Source: a virus (Duplodnaviria; Caudoviricetes). Taken from it: 40,861 nucleotides of DNA. How positions within the stretch are numbered: the first letter of the stretch is position 1; each line of letters starts with the position of its first letter. The notes under the pieces are model-generated. The model was not told the origin of the DNA, ran no database searches, and saw only the letters and a list, made by a program, of their open reading frames with translations. The stretch lies in IMG/VR virus record IMGVR_UViG_3300048575_000475, positions 1-40,861 of that record, one strand, 5' to 3'. Made by a program: the position numbers and the translations under genes. Positions 7,429 to 15,701 of this stretch are shown here, piece after piece.

Positions 7429-8691
7429 ATGTCCGAAACCACTGCCATGACGGCCGCCGTGCCGCCGAAGTCCGATGCCCTGGTGCATACCGGCGGGACC
7501 AGCTACGTGACCACCCCGGCGGCCCGGGCCGTCACCCCGATGCCGACGGCAGCCAAGACCGTCGCCGCCATGTTCCAGGCCGGCCCCCACGTCACCGACC
7601 CCATCCCCGCCGGCCCGCTCAAGGGCTACTCCAGGGCCCTCGTCGACGTCGTCAAGGACACGGTCGCCAGGGGCGCCGGCGACGAGCAACTCTTCCTCTT
7701 CATCACCCAAGCCATGCAGCTGAACCTCGACCCCCTCCGGAAAGAGGTGTGGTGCGTCAACATGGCCGGTCAGGGTCAGCCACCGCAGTGGATGATCGCC
7801 CCAAGTCGCGACGGCTACCTGAAGATGGCGCAGCGCCATCCCAACTTCGACAGCATCAACGCCCAGATCGTCCATGAGTCCGACAAGTACTTCATGGACC
7901 CCGTCAACGGCCGGGTCGTGCATGAGATCAACAGCATGAAGGCCAGTGGCCCCATTCTCGGCGCTTGGTGCATCGTCACGACTAGGGATGGGAAGAAGTT
8001 CACCCACCAGGTGCTGATCGGTGAAGTCCGCCGTGGCACCAAGGTCTGGGACAACTTCACAGCCCAGATGACCCTCAAGGCCGTGCAGTCGCAGACGCTC
8101 CGCATGGCAGGTCTGTCGTCTGACCTCTACACGACGGACAAAGTCTGGGAGGCGATCGAGTCCGATGACATGCGGAATGCCCTCCTAGTCAATCCGACGC
8201 AGCAGGAGTATTTCGAGGGCTTCATCGTCGGCGGGGATATTGCACCGCACAGCCCCGCCCAGATCGCCGAGCCGACCGGGCCATCCCGCCAAAGCCGGAC
8301 GGACGGCGTCAAGGCGCTGACCGATCGCATCGTCGAGATTGCCCGGACCGTCGAGGGCGCCGAACAGGCCGACGCCATCGACGCCCGCATCGCCTGGCTG
8401 ACGGCAGTGGTCGGTCACGGCGCCCTCGGCAAGATCACCGAGCCCCAGGAGGTCTGGGACCTGGTCGATCTGCTGGAGTCCGAAGAGGGCGCCGACCACT
8501 TCTCGCAGCTGCTGACAGCCGCCCGCGAGGCCCGCTGGACGAAGGAGGCCAAGGCCAAGGAGTTCGCCGAGGCTGGCCAGGCCCCGTCGGCGGCAGCCGT
8601 GACGGCCGAGCCGGCGATCGACGTCGAGGTCGTGGCCGATGACGACATCCCGCCTTTTGAGAAGCCGGCCGCCGGCGGCGAGGTGGCGTGA
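7429..8691 (+). CDS. RecT/Bet-family ssDNA-annealing recombinase
   Basis: LFITQAMQLNLDPLRKEVWCV, SRDGYLKMAQRHPNFDSI, WDNFTAQMTLKAV. Confidence 0.9.
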   Translation: MSETTAMTAAVPPKSDALVHTGGTSYVTTPAARAVTPMPTAAKTVAAMFQAGPHVTDPIPAGPLKGYSRALVDVVKDTVARGAGDEQLFLFITQAMQLNLDPLRKEVWCVNMAGQGQPPQWMIAPSRDGYLKMAQRHPNFDSINAQIVHESDKYFMDPVNGRVVHEINSMKASGPILGAWCIVTTRDGKKFTHQVLIGEVRRGTKVWDNFTAQMTLKAVQSQTLRMAGLSSDLYTTDKVWEAIESDDMRNALLVNPTQQEYFEGFIVGGDIAPHSPAQIAEPTGPSRQSRTDGVKALTDRIVEIARTVEGAEQADAIDARIAWLTAVVGHGALGKITEPQEVWDLVDLLESEEGADHFSQLLTAAREARWTKEAKAKEFAEAGQAPSAAAVTAEPAIDVEVVADDDIPPFEKPAAGGEVA

Positions 8692-9179
8692 TGGCCAACC
8701 TCCGCTGCCTCACCATCCATCAGCCCTGGGCCGGGGCCATCCTGCACGCCGGCAAGCGCATCGAGAACCGGGAGGCCCCGCCGCCCGAGTGGCTGATCGG
8801 CCAGGTCCTCGGCCTGCATGCCGGCAAGAAATACGACTGGGCCGGCGAGCAGGTGCTCAAGGGCCACTACCAGGTGGACCCCGCCGCATGGCCGGCGGCC
8901 GCCAACGCCACGGGCGCCATCATCGGCGTCGCCACCGTCATCGGGTGGGTGGCGCCTAAGGGCGGCCGGCTCACCAACGGGACCATCCGCCAGCTCGACG
9001 AGTTCCGCCAGGACCCCTGGTGGGAGTCGCCGTTGACCGGCTGGATCCTCGACCAAGTCGTCGCCCTCCCCGAGCCCGTCCCCTGCCGGGGCATGCAGGG
9101 CGTCTGGTGGGCCGATCAGCCGACGATCGCCCGGGTCTTCGAGCAGTTGCCCCAGCTGCAGGCGGTGACCCATGCCTAG
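8688..9179 (+). CDS. ASCH-domain protein
   Basis: LTIHQPWAGAILHAGKRIENR...LHAGK...GAIIG...RGMQGVW. Confidence 0.9.
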   Translation: MMANLRCLTIHQPWAGAILHAGKRIENREAPPPEWLIGQVLGLHAGKKYDWAGEQVLKGHYQVDPAAWPAAANATGAIIGVATVIGWVAPKGGRLTNGTIRQLDEFRQDPWWESPLTGWILDQVVALPEPVPCRGMQGVWWADQPTIARVFEQLPQLQAVTHA

Positions 9180-9603
9180 TGTCGACCTGCAACCGATCAG
9201 GGATGCGCTGGCGAAGGCGACGCCGGGGCCGTGGAGAACCGGGCGCGAGCCCGGTGCGCATTGCCGAATCTATGCCCCCGATGAGGGGCACGCTATTGCC
9301 CGCACTTATGGGCCGGAGCTGACGGGAGGTCATCAGGGCAACGGAATTGGCATCTGCTCACTAACTGGGCCGATGAACGCCGCCGATGCTCGCCTGATCG
9401 CCAGCGCCCCGACGTGGCTGGCGGATCTGGTCGCCCGGGTCGATCGGCTGCAGGGCTTGCTGGCGGCGATCGGCAAAGAGGCCGATGGCTGGTGCCACTC
9501 CGAGGAGTGCGACGACTTTGACGACAACGAAGACGGCGACGCCGTTTGCGTTTGCGGCAAGGGGCGCCTGGAGCGGCTAACCGGGGAGGCGTCCCATGCC
9601 TAA
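9172..9603 (+). CDS. Ead/Ea22-like phage protein
   Basis: ATPGPW...ADARLIASAPTWLADLV. Confidence 0.7.
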   Translation: MPSVDLQPIRDALAKATPGPWRTGREPGAHCRIYAPDEGHAIARTYGPELTGGHQGNGIGICSLTGPMNAADARLIASAPTWLADLVARVDRLQGLLAAIGKEADGWCHSEECDDFDDNEDGDAVCVCGKGRLERLTGEASHA

Positions 9604-10210
9604 GGCCAAAGCCCAGCCCTGGAACCGGGCACAGGACGACATCATCGAGGCCCACTGGGGGTTTCGCAGCAGCCGAACGATCGCCAAGCTGATCGCCCGG
9701 GAGACAGGCGTTGTCCGCAGCCACCATGCCGTGCGCAGCCGGGCCTGCAAGCTCAACCTCGACCACCGGACTAACCAGGCCGCCGTCTCGATCGCCGATG
9801 CCGTCCGGGAGACGGGTGTGTCCCGTCAGAAGGTTCGCCGGCTGATCGACAAGGGCGTCATCAAAGCCACCGGCAGCGGCGTTCTGCGGCTCATCAAGTA
9901 CGACGACCTGGACGTCATCCGCCAGGCGTACCCCGTCGCATCGTTCCGGGCCATCAGCACACCCGAGGCCCGGAAGATCCTTGGTTACACACATGCCCGG
10001 CTGACGATGCTGCTGCAGACGGGGGCCATGCGGGGCATGCTCAGCGGCGGCCGCTGGCTGGTCGATGCCGACCACGTCGACGAGATCGCCCGGCAGCTGC
10101 GGCGCACTGGCGCCACCCGGCTCAGCTGGAAGCACGTGCCCGGGCTGGATGCTGAGCGATCGGCATCGTTGGCTCGCACCCATCGACGCCGGGGACAGGT
10201 GCCGGCATGA
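9596..10210 (+). CDS. Multi-HTH DNA-binding protein
   Basis: Myb-like W..IA..RS..AVRSRA plus two excisionase-like HTHs (SIADAVRETGVSRQKV; STPEARKILG). Confidence 0.7.
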   Translation: MPKAKAQPWNRAQDDIIEAHWGFRSSRTIAKLIARETGVVRSHHAVRSRACKLNLDHRTNQAAVSIADAVRETGVSRQKVRRLIDKGVIKATGSGVLRLIKYDDLDVIRQAYPVASFRAISTPEARKILGYTHARLTMLLQTGAMRGMLSGGRWLVDADHVDEIARQLRRTGATRLSWKHVPGLDAERSASLARTHRRRGQVPA

Positions 10211-10404
10211 CCATCCCCAACATCGTCCAGGCCCTGGATGTGGCCTGCCGCCCCAACTGGACCACCGAGGACGTCGCCAACGGCCTCGTCACCCCTTGCC
10301 CTGCCGGCTGCATCCCTGGCCATGGCTACCCCAGCTGCCCGTGCCCGTTCGAGTGCGACGGCACCGGCCTGATCGAAGACTACCGAGAGGAACAATCAGC
10401 ATGA
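10207..10404 (+). CDS. Small Cys-rich protein
   Basis: CPAGC...CPCPFECDGTG; coupled. Confidence 0.6.
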   Translation: MTIPNIVQALDVACRPNWTTEDVANGLVTPCPAGCIPGHGYPSCPCPFECDGTGLIEDYREEQSA

Positions 10405-10753
10405 ATACGCCAATTCAAGTCCCTGACGGCGTTCGGTCGTCAATACCGATCCTGACTCCATCTGGGCCCTCCCCGCCGTGCAGGAAACGCTCCGGCTGTG
10501 CGGCCAGATCCGCCGGATGGCCAGGACCGGCGAAGAGGGCCCGATCGACATGGCTTTCATGACCCACGGACTCAAGGGCTCCACTGATGCGGCGCTCGGT
10601 CTGTTCACGAACGGGCAGGACGAGCCGGCCACCATGCAGGAACTGGAGCCCTACCTGGTGCAGGTGTTCAGTGCTGCCGCCTACGCCCTGGGTGTGGGCT
10701 CCGCACTCCTGGAACTTGCCGACGATATCCAGAAGGGGACGGCCGATGGCTGA
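10401..10753 (+). pseudogene. Hypothetical gene with apparent 1-nt frameshift near 10430-10440 (or intact short gene 10478-10753)
   Basis: Coupled ATG at 10401 with RBS; protein-like frame ending at 10753 opens only after TGA at 10424. Confidence 0.45.
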
Positions 10754-11828
10754 CCAGCGCGATACCGGCATCAGCTGGACCGACCAGACATGGAATCCCA
10801 TCCGGGGCTGCAGCCGGGTCAGCGAAGGCTGCCGCAACTGCTACGCCGAACGGGTGGCCGCCCGGTTCGCCGGCCCTGGCCAGCCCTTCGAGGGACTGGC
10901 ACGCATGGGCGAAGCCGGACCCCGGTGGACCGGCACCGTCCGCCTGGTCGACGAGCACCTGGCGGATCCGCTCCGCTGGCGCCGCCCCCGGCGGGTCTTC
11001 GTCAACAGCGTCAGCGACCTTTTCCACGACGGTATGACCAACGAGCAGATCGCCGCCGTCTTCGGAGTGATGGCCGCTGCCCCGCAGCACACCTTCCAGG
11101 TCCTGACGAAGCGCCCGGCTCGGATGATGGAATGGTTCAGGTGGGCGGAACAGGCGATGGAGGGCCGCTATCGCAGGCCTGCAATCATCGGCCATGCCGC
11201 TGCCTACATCGTGGGCACGGTCGGCACGAACGTCGACAACGATCGGCTGCACCTGTCTGCCAGCATCTACGCCGGGTTCAACGACTGGCCCCTTCCCAAT
11301 GTCTGGCTGGGCGTCAGCGTCGAGAACCAGGCCGCCGCCGATGAGCGGATCCGCTTTTTGCTGAAGACTCCGGCCGCCGTGCGGTTCCTGTCCTGCGAAC
11401 CCCTGATCGGACCGGTCCAGCTTGGCGTCGGCCGACATTTCTTCGACCACGGAATCGGGGCCAAGTCTCGCAACGGGGACGAAACCGATGACAGCTACGC
11501 CAACTGCGACCCCAAGATCGACTGGGTGATCGCCGGCGGCGAGTCCGGCCCCGATTCGCGCCCGCTGCATCCCGACTGGGTGCGCAGCCTCCGGGACCAG
11601 TGCCAGGCCGCCGGCGTCCCCTTCCACTTCAAGCAGGGTGGCGAATGGTCCTGCGGCGAAATCGTCGACGGCGGCTATCGGAACGTCTGGGGGCCAGAAA
11701 TCATTACCACGTTCAGCCGCCGTGAGACCGATGGCCGCTTCACCTGGTGGCGAACCGGAAAGAAGGCTGCCGGACGCCTCCTCGATGGCCGCACCTGGGA
11801 CGAGTTCCCGGCCGGGGTGACCCGATGA
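10746..11828 (+). CDS. DUF5131 (phage Gp37/Gp68) radical-SAM-like protein
   Basis: TGISWTDQTWNPIRGCSRVSEGCRNCYA, FVNSVSDLFH, LTKRP, SCEPL, GGESG. Confidence 0.93.
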   Translation: MADQRDTGISWTDQTWNPIRGCSRVSEGCRNCYAERVAARFAGPGQPFEGLARMGEAGPRWTGTVRLVDEHLADPLRWRRPRRVFVNSVSDLFHDGMTNEQIAAVFGVMAAAPQHTFQVLTKRPARMMEWFRWAEQAMEGRYRRPAIIGHAAAYIVGTVGTNVDNDRLHLSASIYAGFNDWPLPNVWLGVSVENQAAADERIRFLLKTPAAVRFLSCEPLIGPVQLGVGRHFFDHGIGAKSRNGDETDDSYANCDPKIDWVIAGGESGPDSRPLHPDWVRSLRDQCQAAGVPFHFKQGGEWSCGEIVDGGYRNVWGPEIITTFSRRETDGRFTWWRTGKKAAGRLLDGRTWDEFPAGVTR

Positions 11829-12034
11829 GCGCCGCTACCGAATGCCCCGACTGCGGCTTCACCCTCAACCTGCAGGCCGATCGCCCGGCCGAGTGCCTCA
11901 TCTGCGGCTACGTCGACGACGTCGTCATCGATGAGCGCCAGGTGCCGGTGCCCTGCAAAGCCCGGCGCCGCCGATCCGTACGTCGACGGCCGCCGCCCGT
12001 GCCGTGGCGCTACCCCCGCAACAACCGCCCATAG
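11825..12034 (+). CDS. Small zinc-ribbon protein
   Basis: CPDCG...CLICG; ATGA coupling. Confidence 0.6.
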   Translation: MSAATECPDCGFTLNLQADRPAECLICGYVDDVVIDERQVPVPCKARRRRSVRRRPPPVPWRYPRNNRP

Positions 12035-12057
12035 CCCGCATCAATACAGGGTTCCCA

Positions 12058-13863
12058 ATGGCTGAAACCACCCTCGCAGCGGCCGACAACACCACTGTCG
12101 ACGCTGAGATCGCCCTCCTGAGCGCCGTCCTCACCGACACTGAGGCGCTGCTGAGTGTCGTCGACACCCTGAGCCAGGGCGATTTCTACGACCCGCGGCA
12201 CGGGGCTGTCTGGGCAGCCATCCAGTCGACCCATCAGGCCGGCATCGGCATCGATACCATCACGATCTCCCGGGTTCTGCGGAAAGCCGAGACCCTCGAC
12301 GCTGTCGGAGGCATGGCCTATCTCGGCCTCCTGGCCAGGGCCTACCACACGACCGCCATGGTCGAGACCCATGCGGCGATCATCACCGAGCGAGCCCATG
12401 CCCGCCGCCTCGACCTGATGATCCAGCGCTGCGGCAAGCTGATCGCTGACGGCACCGCTGCGTCGGTGGTCGAGGCCCAGCTCGCCGACTGGCTGGCATC
12501 CCAGGGGCCCATCGGATCATCGCAGGACGTCTTCACCGTCGACGAATGGCTCGCCCGGCCCAAGGCCCCGTGGCTTATCACCAGCTACCTGCCGGCATCG
12601 TCGGTCGCCATCATGTACGGCGAATCCACCGCCGGAAAGACCTTCATCGCCATCCGCATGGCCCTGTCCGTCGCCATGGGCTGGCACTTCAGCGGCCAGC
12701 CCAACGCCGAAACCGGGCTGGTCATGTACGTCGTCGGCGAGGGCCAGGGCGGTTTCGGCAGCCGCCTGGAAGCCTGGATGAACCACACCAGCGAGCGGAT
12801 CACGAACCTCCATCTACATGACGGGCCCGTCGACCTCTCCGATCCGACGGCCGTGACGGCGTTCATCGGCAAATGCCGCCGCCTCCCAGAGCCGCTCAAG
12901 CTGATCGTCTTCGATACCCTGGCCAAGTGCATGCCGGGCGTCGACGAGAACAGCGCCCAGGAGACCGGCGTCGTCCTCGATGCCCTGGGAATGATCCAGC
13001 GTGCGACCGGGGCCACCGTCCTCGTCCTCCACCACACCCAGAAGGCCGACGCCACCAAGTACCGCGGGTCATCGGCGATCTATGCCGGCGTCGACACGGC
13101 GATCCTCATCACCCACGAACCCATCTCGGGCATCCGCACCCTGCGCTGCGACAAGATGAAGGACGGCCAGGAGTTCACCGACTGCGACTTCGAGCTCCAC
13201 CAGGTCGGGGCATCGTGCGTCATGGCCCCCGCCGGCGAGATCACCGGCAAGCGGGTCGGCGGCGAGCGCCAAGGGCGCAAGCGCAAAGCGCTCACCATGA
13301 TCCAAAAGCGGCTCCTCGACACCTACGCCTACGCCCCAGCCGAGGGCTACTCGAAGAAGGAAGCCCGAGACGTCAGCGACCTCAACTGGAGCACCGTCAA
13401 AGACTTCACCGACGCCCTCTTCGACCACGGATACCTCTACATCGTGGGCGGTTCATCAGGGGTCGGGACGCGCTACCGGGCCGCCGAGGATTCCGAGGGA
13501 CGGAGTTCGAACTCCGTCCCAACTCCGTCCCACTCCGTCCCACTCCGTCCCAAGGATCAGCCTCACCTTTTTGAAGCTCCGTCCCAACTCCGTCCCGACA
13601 TTTCGACGGATGCCGCAAACCCTGATGGCGACATGAACAATCCGGGACGGAGCACCAACTCCGTCCCAACTCCGTCCCTCCGTCCCACGGCCACCCCGGC
13701 AGGGTTGCCGGCGGTACCTCTCCCCCTTAAGGGGGAGGTCCCCGGAAACCCGGAAGCCCGGCACGACGGCGGCCCCCCGATGGACGGCCTGCTGCCGATC
13801 AGGCCAGACGATCCCGGCCAACCCCCAGCCCTACAAAACCCGACTTTCGAGGATGAGCTATGA
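12058..13863 (+). CDS. Replication protein: DnaB N-terminal domain + AAA_25/RepA-like helicase
   Basis: AEIALLSAVL...DFYDPRH (DnaB-N); GESTAGKT Walker A; LIVFDTL Walker B; VLHHTQK...RGSSA. Confidence 0.9.
   Translation: MAETTLAAADNTTVDAEIALLSAVLTDTEALLSVVDTLSQGDFYDPRHGAVWAAIQSTHQAGIGIDTITISRVLRKAETLDAVGGMAYLGLLARAYHTTAMVETHAAIITERAHARRLDLMIQRCGKLIADGTAASVVEAQLADWLASQGPIGSSQDVFTVDEWLARPKAPWLITSYLPASSVAIMYGESTAGKTFIAIRMALSVAMGWHFSGQPNAETGLVMYVVGEGQGGFGSRLEAWMNHTSERITNLHLHDGPVDLSDPTAVTAFIGKCRRLPEPLKLIVFDTLAKCMPGVDENSAQETGVVLDALGMIQRATGATVLVLHHTQKADATKYRGSSAIYAGVDTAILITHEPISGIRTLRCDKMKDGQEFTDCDFELHQVGASCVMAPAGEITGKRVGGERQGRKRKALTMIQKRLLDTYAYAPAEGYSKKEARDVSDLNWSTVKDFTDALFDHGYLYIVGGSSGVGTRYRAAEDSEGRSSNSVPTPSHSVPLRPKDQPHLFEAPSQLRPDISTDAANPDGDMNNPGRSTNSVPTPSLRPTATPAGLPAVPLPLKGEVPGNPEARHDGGPPMDGLLPIRPDDPGQPPALQNPTFEDEL
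13497..13737. repeat. Iteron/palindrome cluster, probable replication origin
   Basis: Nine CTCCGTCCC copies, two inverted GGGACGGAG copies, perfect palindromes at 13497-13520 and 13720-13737. Confidence 0.8.
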
Positions 13864-14600
13864 CCACCGCCAAGACCCTGCTGCAGGACCTCCGCTCCGC
13901 TGGCTATGTGCTGCGGGCTGCCGCCGGCAAGATCAACGTCCAGGGCGACGAGGCCACCGGCCTGGCCATCACGCCGGAGGTTAAGGCCTCGATCCTCGCC
14001 AACCGCTCCGAGGTCCTCGCCCTGCTCGAGGCGGAGGAAGCCGAGCGGGTGACGATCGTCTCGGCCCAGGAGTGGATCGACGACCTGGTCGCCAAGGGGC
14101 AGCTGCCCGCTCCGGTCGAGCCGCAGCCGTCGACGGCCCCGCTGCCCGATGGTGAGCGCCGACCGCTGCCCGCATCAACGCTGCGCCGCCTGCCCGACCT
14201 GGGCATCGTGGCCAGGGTCCACGCCACGGCCGATCGCCTCGGTCGTCTGATCGGGCTGGGCCTCGGCGGCAGCCCTGAGGCCCACTGGCTGGCGGCCGAA
14301 CGGGCCTGGATCGAGGTCTACCGCCCCGATGCCTGGCGACTGGCGCACCATCAGCCACCGCTGCGGCAGGCGAAGGCCCCGCCCCTGGCCAGCCTGGACC
14401 ATGTGGCGATCGGCGACATGACGCCGACCCAGCACTGGGAGGCGATCGGCGGCAGCGATGTCGTCGAGGCGATCGACAGCTCGGCGTCCCACAGCCTGCG
14501 CCTGGCCGTGATCATGTCTGCCCGGGACGGTCCTGGCAGTGCCGGCGAACGGGACTACCACAGGCTTTGGCGCACATTCACGACAGGAGAAGTGGCATGA
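13860..14600 (+). CDS. Hypothetical protein with TubC-N-like N-terminus (replication-associated)
   Basis: LLQDLRSAGYVLRAAAGKINV...ILANRSEVLALL. Confidence 0.6.
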   Translation: MTTAKTLLQDLRSAGYVLRAAAGKINVQGDEATGLAITPEVKASILANRSEVLALLEAEEAERVTIVSAQEWIDDLVAKGQLPAPVEPQPSTAPLPDGERRPLPASTLRRLPDLGIVARVHATADRLGRLIGLGLGGSPEAHWLAAERAWIEVYRPDAWRLAHHQPPLRQAKAPPLASLDHVAIGDMTPTQHWEAIGGSDVVEAIDSSASHSLRLAVIMSARDGPGSAGERDYHRLWRTFTTGEVA

Positions 14601-15034
14601 CGACTGAAACGACGGCCAATCAACGCATCCCCGATGCTCCGGAGTGCCTCACCGATCACGAGATTGACGAGCTCCGGGCGATCAGCAGCACTGATGGTCA
14701 GGTGCGCCTCGACGGCGACCAACTGCGGGCGCTCGTCGCGACCCTCGACTTCCTGCAGTCCCGGCGCCAGAGCCTGGCCGATGCCCTCGACGCCGTGCGC
14801 CAGCTCTGCAACGAAGGGCACGACGCCGGGTGCCAGTGCAACGAGTGCAAAGCGATGCGGATCGCATCCAAAGCCCTCGCTGGCATCCCGGTCAAACATG
14901 CCCCCGAGCCCTTCAGCCCCACCGTGGCGATCCTCGCCCTGACCAAGGCCGTCAACGCCCTGATCCGCAGCAACCCCGGCGAGGCCTGGCAGCACATGCG
15001 CCCGCTCGGCGAATTCGGCCAGGAGGTGCGGTGA
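14597..15034 (+). CDS. Hypothetical protein
   Basis: AGGAG RBS, ATGA coupling, CQCNEC. Confidence 0.7.
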   Translation: MTTETTANQRIPDAPECLTDHEIDELRAISSTDGQVRLDGDQLRALVATLDFLQSRRQSLADALDAVRQLCNEGHDAGCQCNECKAMRIASKALAGIPVKHAPEPFSPTVAILALTKAVNALIRSNPGEAWQHMRPLGEFGQEVR

Positions 15035-15312
15035 TGCGCAGGAAGCTGGCACGTCCCCGCGTCCGGCGCTCTCCGGACGTGATCATCGCCGAGCTCGAGG
15101 CGAAGCTCGAACGGCTGGGCGATCGGTCCGATCGGATCGTCATCCGCCTCGAGCACCTTCGGCGGCGTTACGCCAAGTCGCTCGCCCTCTCCAGCCTGGA
15201 GGGTGAGACGGCCGAGGAGCTGGAGGCCCGCATGCAAGCGGTCGGCGAACAGACCCGCCTGCTGCGGACGGCCCTGAAGACCAAGCGGCGGCAGGGAGGG
15301 CAGGCGTCATGA
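15034..15312 (+). CDS. Small coiled-coil protein
   Basis: GGAGG RBS, TGATG coupling. Confidence 0.65.
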   Translation: MRRKLARPRVRRSPDVIIAELEAKLERLGDRSDRIVIRLEHLRRRYAKSLALSSLEGETAEELEARMQAVGEQTRLLRTALKTKRRQGGQAS

Positions 15313-15701
15313 AGTCCAGCCAGGAACACGTCACCGCCATGGTCGAGGCCCGCCAGCGGGTCGGCTACACCGAGGAGCGCCCGCGGCAGGTGGCTTACAA
15401 GGCCCTCGGCTGCAGCGGCTGTAACCGCCCCTTCGGCGCCGGGCACGACGACTTCTGCCGAGTCCTCGACCCGGGCCCGGAACCTGTTCGACCTGCAGGG
15501 CCGATCGCCACGCTCCCGACCGAGCAGCTCTGCGTCGGCCCATGCGGCCAGGTCCTTCCGGCGACGGTCGAGCACTTCCAGCGTGGTGTCCGGGGGAAGC
15601 TCTGGCCGATCTGCAAGCGCTGCCACGTCGAGCGGGTCACCGCAGGCCTGCAGGCGGCCAGTTCCCGCCCGAAAGGCCGGTATGGCGATGGTGCGGCGTG
15701 A
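15309..15701 (+). CDS. Cys-rich hypothetical protein
   Basis: CSGC, CVGPC, CKRC; coupled. Confidence 0.65.
   Translation: MKSSQEHVTAMVEARQRVGYTEERPRQVAYKALGCSGCNRPFGAGHDDFCRVLDPGPEPVRPAGPIATLPTEQLCVGPCGQVLPATVEHFQRGVRGKLWPICKRCHVERVTAGLQAASSRPKGRYGDGAA

Noticed and set aside
13497-13686. Repeat cluster as a CRISPR array
   Set aside because: 9-bp units with no unique spacers and no cas genes
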